Below are positions 53,043 to 60,914 of a DNA stretch of 64,000 bases, piece after piece. The position numbers were made by a program, and so were the translations under genes. Position 1 is the stretch's first letter, and the number at the start of each line of letters is the position of its first letter. The notes beneath the pieces were generated by a model. The model saw only the letters and a list, made by a program, of their open reading frames with translations. It did not search any database and was not told the DNA's origin. This DNA comes from a virus, in the IMG/VR virus record IMGVR_UViG_3300032770_000011, positions 1 through 64,000 of that record; one strand, given 5' to 3'.

Positions 53043-53489
53043 CTACTTTGCTCCGTCAGGTAAAGCTGGCAGCCCATGCAACAAAAGGGCCGAGGCAATC
53101 TCATCGTGGTCTAGCTTTGTACTAGCGGTGTCTAAAGTACTCTTCATATTGCCAGCCCAAGTCAGGTAAGCCTGAGAGAAGACCTTGTTCTCGACGGTCT
53201 CCTTTGCCCACTTGCAAAGGACTTCCAATCGCTCACGCGCCTTCTTGATGTCAGCGCGAGTCAGGTCCTGAGGCTTCTTGCCCAACCAGTTGCGCAGCTG
53301 CAACTCGACGGCCCATTCGGCAACTCTGTAAGTATAATCGTCACCCTGACCTGAGACGGAATAAACCACGCCACTTGTGGTAGCATAGCAAGGAATTACA
53401 CCCCTTCCATCACAACCAGATACGTATTGGGCGTGGGCACTCGGCATAAAGGCAAGCACAAACGCCGCTAACAAAAATTTCTTCATCAT
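53043..53489 (-). CDS. exported protein
   Basis: signal MKKFLLAAFVLAFMPSAHA. Confidence 0.65.
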   Translation of the reverse strand: MMKKFLLAAFVLAFMPSAHAQYVSGCDGRGVIPCYATTSGVVYSVSGQGDDYTYRVAEWAVELQLRNWLGKKPQDLTRADIKKARERLEVLCKWAKETVENKVFSQAYLTWAGNMKSTLDTASTKLDHDEIASALLLHGLPALPDGAK

Positions 53490-53842
53490 TGGGAGGGTTT
53501 CCCATCATTCAGAATTGCGCGGACTGCTTCGTTAGCATTTACAGAATTCCGAGCATTGGCATCAAGCTCTGCGGTCAGGCTTGTGAGTGCATCCTTCAAT
53601 GTCTCACCACGCCCAAAAACATCTGCTCCGTTTGGTAATTTAATGCTAATGTAAACGCCACCGTCTGCCCATACATAGACAGCAACATCAGTTCTGTTAC
53701 CGTGTGAGATAGGCCGCAACGCCTTCACGATCGTACGTACATCGTCAAGGCTGATCGGCGGTGCATCCTTCGTAAACCAGCCCGCGCCTGCAGGTACTGA
53801 CAAGCAAAGGCAAGCGCAGGCTACCAGCAAAAGCTTCTTCAT
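53486..53842 (-). CDS. exported protein
   Basis: GGAGA RBS; signal MKKLLLVACACLCLSVPAGA. Confidence 0.65.
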   Translation of the reverse strand: MKKLLLVACACLCLSVPAGAGWFTKDAPPISLDDVRTIVKALRPISHGNRTDVAVYVWADGGVYISIKLPNGADVFGRGETLKDALTSLTAELDANARNSVNANEAVRAILNDGKPSQ

Positions 53843-53894
53843 CGGTCTCTCCAGATGAGGACTATTCCTCACCCTTAAACATACTCTTGCTGAA

Positions 53895-56366
53895 TTACTG
53901 TTCATTCCTTTGCGGAGCAACGCCTTGCTGTGACTTCTGCCGCGCTAGAGCCATCTGCAAGTCCCTGTCGGCAGCGGATTGCCGCGCTTCATGAATATGC
54001 GAGAGTCCCTGATTGAAGGTGCTGTGCTGCAGCTTCGTCACATTCGAGTGATGTCCGGCGATGTGCCCTAATGCAGCCTTGTTCAGGTCGTGGGCTCTGT
54101 CCGCCCCAGCCATTGCCGCTTCATGCTGACGGTCTGCCTGATTGTTGGCGTGCGTCATAGCCAACTCACGTTCGGCCATCTGTCTATCCGAATTATGGAT
54201 GACCAGTTCACGAGCCACACCGAGAGAGGCAATCTTCTCCTTGGACTGCAACTCCTGCATCTTCGTGGTGCCATCCTGCAATGCAGTCTGCGCCTTGACC
54301 GCCGCTTCCTTCTGCTTCGTCTGGCTGTCCATCAATCGCGCCTGAGCAGCCAGGAGCGTTGCCTGTGCAGCAATCGATTCCGGATTCGGTTGTTCAGTGC
54401 CCGGAGGCGGTTGCGGTACGAAGAAGCTTTCAGCGTCGTCCCAGCCCATGACCTGGAAGGCACGCTTGTCGATTGCATTCTTGTCGATACTCGGGTTCGT
54501 CATCGCCATCTGTCTTGCCGCAACAACCTTCAGGTAGCGTTCGGTCTGGCTAGACGTATTTGGGTCGGCAGCGGGCACTAATTCGCAATCTGCTAGGGCC
54601 GAGAGGAATAACTTGCGATGTCTCTCCTCAGCTTGTTCCTGCGCATCCATCACGGGTTGCAGTCCGGCTTGTTGATTCAACAACGCGAGCACCTTGGACT
54701 TCTTGTTGTGACGCCAAAGTGCCTCGGGGTCTTCCATCAGCAGCGACTTCAGCATGTCGAATTCCTGGCCTTGCGCCTGGTGCAGTCTCTTATGCACTGC
54801 GGACATCAACTTCGTGGCCTGCTCGATCATGGCCAGTACAGTGCCGACTGGCGCGTCCTGCTTACCTTCACCCACCTGCAACTCGGCAGTACCACCAACG
54901 CGCTGCGCTGTGGTCGCAATGTTCTCGATCAACTGGATGAAGACGGCTGAAGGATCCTTGTAAGGCAGCGGCATAACAGCCGAGCGAATATCCTGCCCGA
55001 TTGTGTCGATCGCCCGACCGCCACCGGGTGGAATACGGAATTGATTGGTGAGTTGCTTGCCCAGGTTCTTCAGATAGAGGAAGCCGGGGAAGTTGCTGAA
55101 CATACCGGCGTCAAGCATTAGCCGCCAAGCTGCCGTCACAGCCTTCGTAGCATTGCCGAGGACATTCAGCAGACCGATGCCATAGAAGCCGAAGCCAGGA
55201 ATGAAGACGTAGGCGATAATGCGGTTCCGTGGCATGCAGAAAATATCGTCTTCTTCCCAGTTGCGGCGGATCTCCAGAACAGTGCGGGATTCTTTGTCAA
55301 TGACTACCTTGTAAGGCAGTGGCAGACCTGTGTCCTTCAAGGCACCACTGTCGTCATCCTTGAACTGGTGCTCAAAGCCGGGAATATCCAGTTCGCAGTA
55401 GCACTCATAGAGCTCCCTATCCTGATCGTCCTGCTCGATATATGTGGGCGGGGCAATACCCTGAACCTGACCTATTTTGGCGTCAACAGGATTCGGTATC
55501 TCCGGCGTTCCAGGCGAAGAGAGATGGACGTCTCTATATGCACCGACCAGTTGCATACGCTTCAGAACGGATGGTCGCATGCGGATACAATGCGTAACGC
55601 GGCCAGACCCTTCAAGGTCGGTAGCCGCGTTGGAGACGATGAGATCCTTTGCCGGAATGGATTCGATGACTGGACGGCGCTTGATTGGGTGGTGATAACC
55701 CTTCTTGAAGGCAATGCCACTGAAGCCTAACATGAGCAACATTCTATCGGTGTCTGGATAGTACTCCTTCGCCACCTTCGTCAGGTAGTGATTCATGTCC
55801 TTCTGAAGGGCATCGGCTAATTGGGCAGCGAGAGCATTGCCTTCGCCGTCGTTGCGGACCTTCACGGGCCCATCTGTCGGAAGGAGCTCGCCTCTCGCGT
55901 TGGCCTGGAAGCGTAGGACTGCCTCAAGGAGAAGGGGATGATCAACCGTGGAAACGCCTTCTGCGGGCGTTGCGCCAGCTACCGAAGCACCACGTGGGGT
56001 CTTGACCTCAAGGCCGAGCAGCGAGATGCCATTCGACATGTTCTCCAGCCAGGCAGACCGGGATTGTTCATCCTGGGCAATACCGAGCAGAAGCTTCTCG
56101 GAAATTGCTGTGAGTTCTGCGTCGGATAGCTGCTCGGCAAGGTTATCACCAAAGTCCTGCGAGGTCTTCTTCTCTGGCTTCGGTGGACCGAAACTGACCT
56201 GAACAACGCCATCCTCCAACTCTACCTGTGTCGTACCCGTTCCGGGGTCGAAGGTTGGATTGCTACCGTCGCCGTCTGTGGTGACGATGACGTCTGGGCT
56301 CTGGAAAGCCGCAGGCGCTGGCTGGCGATAGGTTTGTTCAATGTCGAGGGGATAGACGTTTGACAT
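53895..56366 (-). CDS. portal protein
   Basis: 823 aa; NLAE.L, D..SR..W, HPLL.EAVLRFQA.A..EL.P..GPVK, PG.GFYG.GL, PVGT.LA..E. Confidence 0.85.
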   Translation of the reverse strand: MSNVYPLDIEQTYRQPAPAAFQSPDVIVTTDGDGSNPTFDPGTGTTQVELEDGVVQVSFGPPKPEKKTSQDFGDNLAEQLSDAELTAISEKLLLGIAQDEQSRSAWLENMSNGISLLGLEVKTPRGASVAGATPAEGVSTVDHPLLLEAVLRFQANARGELLPTDGPVKVRNDGEGNALAAQLADALQKDMNHYLTKVAKEYYPDTDRMLLMLGFSGIAFKKGYHHPIKRRPVIESIPAKDLIVSNAATDLEGSGRVTHCIRMRPSVLKRMQLVGAYRDVHLSSPGTPEIPNPVDAKIGQVQGIAPPTYIEQDDQDRELYECYCELDIPGFEHQFKDDDSGALKDTGLPLPYKVVIDKESRTVLEIRRNWEEDDIFCMPRNRIIAYVFIPGFGFYGIGLLNVLGNATKAVTAAWRLMLDAGMFSNFPGFLYLKNLGKQLTNQFRIPPGGGRAIDTIGQDIRSAVMPLPYKDPSAVFIQLIENIATTAQRVGGTAELQVGEGKQDAPVGTVLAMIEQATKLMSAVHKRLHQAQGQEFDMLKSLLMEDPEALWRHNKKSKVLALLNQQAGLQPVMDAQEQAEERHRKLFLSALADCELVPAADPNTSSQTERYLKVVAARQMAMTNPSIDKNAIDKRAFQVMGWDDAESFFVPQPPPGTEQPNPESIAAQATLLAAQARLMDSQTKQKEAAVKAQTALQDGTTKMQELQSKEKIASLGVARELVIHNSDRQMAERELAMTHANNQADRQHEAAMAGADRAHDLNKAALGHIAGHHSNVTKLQHSTFNQGLSHIHEARQSAADRDLQMALARQKSQQGVAPQRNEQ

Positions 56367-56369
56367 TGG

Positions 56370-56837
56370 TTATCCGAATGCAATCTTCTGCCATGAAGGC
56401 GTTAAATCAGATCTGTACTTCCAAGCCACTTGAACATGCCAGACGTAAGGTGGACCTACATAGATAAAAGTTGCAGAAGGAAGACGCTCCTCATCAATCG
56501 CTTTCCAGTAAGCAGTAAATGAATCTTCGACCCGATGATCATCAACTGCCATAGGTTGTTTGTGGTAGACTTCGTTGGGCATCCAGTAAGAACCAGCCTG
56601 GTTTGTTGCCTTTGTTTCCCATTCGTTCAGATGAGGGTCATTCCAAGAGATTAAACCAGGATGAAGTCGTGATTGCACCGGATCGTAGCCGAAAACAAAA
56701 CGAAACCCGCTCAAAGTTGTGAAGCGGGTTATCTTATCCGGAAAGGGAATATCAGAGGCTGCAGCAACGGTAATAGTTCCTCCCGTAGCAAGAGTACTGG
56801 TTGCACCCAATAGAAGGTTTCTGCGAGATACGTTCAT
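56370..56837 (-). CDS. Tat-signal protein resembling part of the tail nozzle
   Basis: SRRNLL; P.L..W.D...W...AT.QAG.Y and YVGPP.V. Confidence 0.65.
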   Translation of the reverse strand: MNVSRRNLLLGATSTLATGGTITVAAASDIPFPDKITRFTTLSGFRFVFGYDPVQSRLHPGLISWNDPHLNEWETKATNQAGSYWMPNEVYHKQPMAVDDHRVEDSFTAYWKAIDEERLPSATFIYVGPPYVWHVQVAWKYRSDLTPSWQKIAFG

Positions 56838-56969
56838 TTGGATACTCCTACTTTGCTATTCAAATGCGTCAAGCCCAAGCCCACATATGCTGCTGAGAGA
56901 ATGTTGGCAAGTTGCTGTGCCGTCAGTGGCGGCAACTGATACAGCAGCACGTAGATAGAGACGTTCGTA

Positions 56970-57194
56970 TTAAGGAACTTGGAGAACCTGATCTTCATTG
57001 TGCCACGTTATGCTGGGAGCAGCAGCATGTTGCCAACAAACTGGCCTGCCTTCTCGGCATTGATTCGCAGGACGAAGACAGCGGCGCGGGTGCTTATTCC
57101 AGTCTTGCCAACCACCAACTTCAGGCTTGGCTTCAGCTTCACAACGCTGATCTAAAGGAACTCGCCACCGTGGGCGATCAAGAAAGGAAGTCAA
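56970..57194 (-). CDS. small Cys/His protein
   Basis: RCEA...RRC..PA...VCWQH. Confidence 0.5.
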   Translation of the reverse strand: MTSFLDRPRWRVPLDQRCEAEAKPEVGGWQDWNKHPRRCLRPANQCREGRPVCWQHAAAPSITWHNEDQVLQVP

Positions 57195-57197
57195 TCA

Positions 57198-57407
57198 TCA
57201 TCCCTTCGAAAACGAATGCGCATTCCGAATATGCGCATGGAAATACTTACCGTGACTCTCTGCATTCATCAACTCGTCAGCCTTTGCCGGACTGACATCG
57301 TGGTAGGTATAAACAGACCCACCCTTGAACTCGATCTCCAGTGTCTGGGTCTCCTTGTCGTACCCTATGCTGGAAATGTTGGAAGACGTAACAGATTTGC
57401 GGTCCAT
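57198..57407 (-). CDS. KTSC-domain protein
   Basis: V.SSNISSIGYD...LEIEFK.G.VY.Y..V...L..A.S.GKYF...IR. Confidence 0.85.
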   Translation of the reverse strand: MDRKSVTSSNISSIGYDKETQTLEIEFKGGSVYTYHDVSPAKADELMNAESHGKYFHAHIRNAHSFSKG

Positions 57408-57520
57408 GGCAGGCACTCTCGATTTCAGGTAATCCTCAAAGAGGTCTAGCTGTTTGGGCTTGCTTCGTGAAGAAGCTACCGCCGAGGATTTTCGCAAGAC
57501 CTTCCCCCAAGGTATTCGTG

Positions 57521-57549
57521 AATATACTACGCAAATAGGTTTAAGACAA
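57521..57549 (-). promoter_or_regulatory. sigma70-like promoter
   Basis: TTGTCT, 17 nt, TATATT on the minus strand. Confidence 0.5.
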
Positions 57550-57557
57550 GGGCGGGT

Positions 57558-57743
57558 TCACATCGGCATTACTGGTAGTGGCTTTTCTAGCAGCGGCGGC
57601 TTGCGACAGATGGGACAATCACCATCTTTCACGGACCCTGTTCTGTGAAAACCACCACCATCGGTCCTGTCCTTTTCCTGCCAGCCGTAGACCCACTTGA
57701 TCGTCTCGTCATAAAGGGCATCGCAGCGGTAGCACTTTGTCAT
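57558..57743 (-). CDS. small Zn-ribbon protein
   Basis: CYRC...CPIC; AAGGAG RBS. Confidence 0.55.
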   Translation of the reverse strand: MTKCYRCDALYDETIKWVYGWQEKDRTDGGGFHRTGSVKDGDCPICRKPPLLEKPLPVMPM

Positions 57744-57750
57744 GCCGTAC

Positions 57751-58023
57751 TTACTCCTTCAGGGCAAAGGTAATCATTTCTTTCCAGCCCTCAGTAATGT
57801 CCTCTTTGCTGGCGCAAGCAAACGCCGTGCTCTCGAACGCTGCCGTAACCATACCAGGAGAGGGCTCTTTCATAGCCTGCAGAACCCTTGTCACGATGGA
57901 TTGACAAGATGCGCACTGTTTTGCAGCTACAACATGACTATCCGTATCACGCCAGACACAGGCAAACGGTGCACCCTTTTGGCAGACAGCTAGAGCCATT
58001 CTATGGCGCATAGTCATCGTCAT
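57751..58023 (-). CDS. hypothetical protein
   Basis: AMKEPS.GM..A...W..MI..AL, a common alphaproteobacterial phage motif. Confidence 0.55.
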   Translation of the reverse strand: MTMTMRHRMALAVCQKGAPFACVWRDTDSHVVAAKQCASCQSIVTRVLQAMKEPSPGMVTAAFESTAFACASKEDITEGWKEMITFALKE

Positions 58024-58178
58024 TTGAAGTAGTCCTGCCCGTCCTCACGATGCTTGCGGTTGCGATGAATCAGCATGATTGAAGGACCGCCCTTGAGAGC
58101 AGGCAGTGCATGACGCCGCTTACGTGCCTTTGCCTTCTGACGCTCAAGAGCACGACGTACCTGTCGGCTTTCAGTCAT
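58020..58178 (-). CDS. small basic protein (MTESRQVRRALER..., 52 aa)
   Basis: ATGA overlaps on both sides; AAGGAG RBS. Confidence 0.5.
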   Translation of the reverse strand: MTESRQVRRALERQKAKARKRRHALPALKGGPSIMLIHRNRKHREDGQDYFK

Positions 58179-58486
58179 TGCTTCTCCTTCTGACGCGGCT
58201 TCACTGTCTCGCGGTCCAGAATCTCACGAAGGACTGCCATGCCGGTCTCAGTAGATTTGGAGACGAGGGGGCGGAAACGGCTTGCCAACCAATCCCCAAA
58301 GCCGGGAATTACCGGAGGGTTAGGATCCTCTTCAACACAAACTGCGGTTTCGCCATCTCTGAGTTCGCCAATGAAGCTGATAGTATAGATATTGCCTTTG
58401 ACGAGGTAACACTGGGAGGCTCCTTGTCGTCTGGATACATCTACACATACCACCTTCTGTCCCACATGGAAATTCGTCATGGCCAT
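58175..58486 (-). CDS. hypothetical protein
   Basis: F.VGQKVVCV...GNIYTI...SRFRPL motif. Confidence 0.65.
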   Translation of the reverse strand: MAMTNFHVGQKVVCVDVSRRQGASQCYLVKGNIYTISFIGELRDGETAVCVEEDPNPPVIPGFGDWLASRFRPLVSKSTETGMAVLREILDRETVKPRQKEKQ

Positions 58487-58631
58487 CCCTCAACATTGCT
58501 CAACAGTATCATGATCACCACAACAATAAATACCCCCACAATCCAGAAGGGCACCTTCTCATGATAACTATCGTCGTCCCAGTTCCGCATTTCTTGCCTT
58601 ATTTAGAGACAGGGTAATTGCATTTGCCGAA

Positions 58632-58820
58632 TTACTGCTTTGCCGGATTAAGTCTGAACTCCTTCACGATTATTTTCGAAAGATACAACTCGACATACTG
58701 TGGAACTCTACGTTCTTTTTGCCCATCCAATACAAGTTGAAGTGCTTTTGCCGCTTCACGGTTTGTTACTGGCTCCGAGTATGTCACATCGATGTAAAGC
58801 CTGTGTTTGCGACGGATCAT
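58632..58820 (-). CDS. hypothetical protein
   Basis: ATGA-coupled ORF. Confidence 0.45.
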   Translation of the reverse strand: MIRRKHRLYIDVTYSEPVTNREAAKALQLVLDGQKERRVPQYVELYLSKIIVKEFRLNPAKQ

Positions 58821-59021
58821 TTTGGCTCTCTACGGTCTATTGCTTCCATGATTGCCCGCCATTGATTTGCATGGCGCAAGTCTCTCGTCTTTTCCCAGCG
58901 GCGATAGGCGTAATCACGCAACCGTCTGAACCTTGATGTATCGGAAATACGCCCACGCAAGGTATCCTTGATCCAACCTTCTCTTGCAGGACCAAATGTC
59001 ATGTAACGAACACACATTTCC

Positions 59022-59219
59022 CTACTCGTCCTGCACACCCTGCAAAGGGTCATTGACGACATAGTCACCACGCACGGCTGACTTGCCGAATACCGAAATG
59101 ACACGGGGAATTGCCGCTGCCTTAACCTCCGCTTCTTCTGGGGTGTCTGCTTCTACCTGCACCCAGACTTCCTCTGCGCGTTGAACTCTCACTCGCCAGG
59201 TTTTCAGTTTTGTGGACAT
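59022..59219 (-). CDS. hypothetical protein
   Basis: V.VEA.TPEEA..KA motif. Confidence 0.6.
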   Translation of the reverse strand: MSTKLKTWRVRVQRAEEVWVQVEADTPEEAEVKAAAIPRVISVFGKSAVRGDYVVNDPLQGVQDE

Positions 59220-59226
59220 TTAGGTT

Positions 59227-59574
59227 TCAGTCTGCCGCCCGCCGCCACCCTTCCGGAACATGCTCACGCGCCGTGATAACCTTGTAAGTACCGGGCTTGA
59301 ATCCAAGCGGCTCATGGGTATCAAACTCACGTAGATGATTCAGCACGTCTGGCTTTTCCACGACGAGCAGGCAATCCAAGATTGAATCCGGCAGCTTATA
59401 CATCATGGTGCGTTCGGCTTCCATGACGTGGTGGTGGCCGGTTTCGGAATGCCCCACGATGACTTTGCCGTTCACGGGGGCAACCTTCTCGGCATTTGCC
59501 GGGACCTTAAAGTCATTGGGCAGCCTCACAAAGCGAAGTTCACCTTGCGCTGCAACAGTCTTAAACGTCTTCAT
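59227..59574 (-). CDS. His-motif protein, usual partner of DUF6745
   Basis: AQGE, GHSETGHHH, L.H...HE.L...PG.Y....RE. Confidence 0.75.
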   Translation of the reverse strand: MKTFKTVAAQGELRFVRLPNDFKVPANAEKVAPVNGKVIVGHSETGHHHVMEAERTMMYKLPDSILDCLLVVEKPDVLNHLREFDTHEPLGFKPGTYKVITAREHVPEGWRRAAD

Positions 59575-60860
59575 GTTCTAACCTCCGGTGGAATGAAGTC
59601 CTTAGCGTCCAACTGCCAAAGCCACGCTTGCGCAGCCAAGGCCGTTTTTATCGTAGGTGGTACTGGTAAGGCAAACATACGCCCAGTCGCGCATTGAACC
59701 CTTAGAAATTGCTCATTGGGAGCATCTGGCAAATTGACACGGAGTAGCGTGCCAATTTCAGGGTCGGAATCGGCATCGATAACCTTCGCGTTAAGACCAA
59801 GTAGAATATTATCCCAGCCGATGATCTCGCAGGCAGCGCGTCTTAGTTCTGCATTAGTCTGCTTCAGAGCAATTGCTGGGGTCAGCTTAGCCTTGTTCTC
59901 AATCCAGTTTGCAGGAATACGAACGCCGTGCCAATGGTAGAGAGACCAGCCGTCCCGCCAACGGTGCGACGGGCCGTTTTCGCAATGCGGTAAGTTACGG
60001 TCATCTTTCTTGATTATTTCTGGGAAGTCACTCACAAGGCAGAACTCCTCGTGCATAACTCGGAAACCGCCATGAATTGCAGCTTGTTCCCAATAATAGT
60101 AAGCGGCGTGCTCTTTGAGTTCTAGGCCAAGAATATCACGGCAAGCAGTCAGGTAACAGTCGTACCCAGCCCACATGTTACCACCCTGATAAACCTCTGA
60201 CCAACGCTTTGCACACTCAAGCCCAAGTTTCCCGCTCAGATTAAGGCAGGCCAACGCGGCTTGCTCCTCTGCTGTTCCGGTGGCGCTGTAGGTGGCGCTG
60301 GCGGTGGCGCTGGCGGTGGCGCTGTAGGTGGCGCTGTAGGTGGCGCTGGCGGTGGCGCTGTAGGTGGCGCTGGCGGTGGCGCTGGCGGTGGCGCTGTAGG
60401 TGGCGCTGTAGGTGGCGCTGTAGGTGGCGCTGGCGGTGGCGCTGTAGGTGGCGCTGGCGGTGGCGCTGGCGGTGGCGCTGTAGGTGGCGCTGTCGGTGGC
60501 GCTGTAGGTGGCGCTGTAGGTGGCGCTGTAGGTGGCGCTGTAGGTGGCGCTGTAGGTGGCGCTGGCGGTGGCGCTGTCGGTGGCGCTGTTTTTCTTATTT
60601 TTACGGTTATACCAGATTGCGGCGCTCGCTCCATAAGCAAAAGCCATCACGAGCGGCGAGGGCACAATAACAACTCGCGGTTTCTTAAGATTTGCCGCAG
60701 CGTAAAGACCTTCAATCGCCGGGATTATCTTTTCCGGCTCGATTGGCTCCGTTCGCATAGCTCTGGCAATCCAGAGTTTTGCGTGTTCGTCCATCCGACG
60801 CTTTTCATCAGCGGTTATCCCCCCATAAGCCCTGGTCTTTGTGCGAATAATCTTAGTCAA
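59571..60860 (-). CDS. DUF6745-like protein with SATx repeats
   Basis: V.SP; PHCENGPSHRWRDGWSLYHWHGVRIP; N.ELRR; C.TGR.FAL.VP. Confidence 0.75.
   Translation of the reverse strand: MTKIIRTKTRAYGGITADEKRRMDEHAKLWIARAMRTEPIEPEKIIPAIEGLYAAANLKKPRVVIVPSPLVMAFAYGASAAIWYNRKNKKNSATDSATASATYSATYSATYSATYSATYSATDSATYSATASATASATYSATASATYSATYSATYSATASATASATYSATASATYSATYSATASATASATYSATGTAEEQAALACLNLSGKLGLECAKRWSEVYQGGNMWAGYDCYLTACRDILGLELKEHAAYYYWEQAAIHGGFRVMHEEFCLVSDFPEIIKKDDRNLPHCENGPSHRWRDGWSLYHWHGVRIPANWIENKAKLTPAIALKQTNAELRRAACEIIGWDNILLGLNAKVIDADSDPEIGTLLRVNLPDAPNEQFLRVQCATGRMFALPVPPTIKTALAAQAWLWQLDAKDFIPPEVRT
60279..60588 (-). repeat. 12-bp coding tandem repeat (about 26 units)
   Basis: AGCGCCACC(TAC/GCC/GAC). 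Confidence 0.95.
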
Positions 60861-60914
60861 GGAAACCCTCCTATGCTCATCAGTAAAACATACTCTTTCC
60901 GTAATCCGGCAAGA

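Noticed and set aside
56840-56970. Possible tRNA or structured RNA in an intergenic gap
   Set aside because: No cloverleaf or T-loop consensus; no tRNA or rRNA was recognised anywhere in the window.
60279-60588. Additional GGY array, and the Pro-rich or Gly-rich alternative ORFs
   Set aside because: The period is 12 nt and coding; the alternative ORFs are by-products of a stop-free repeat.
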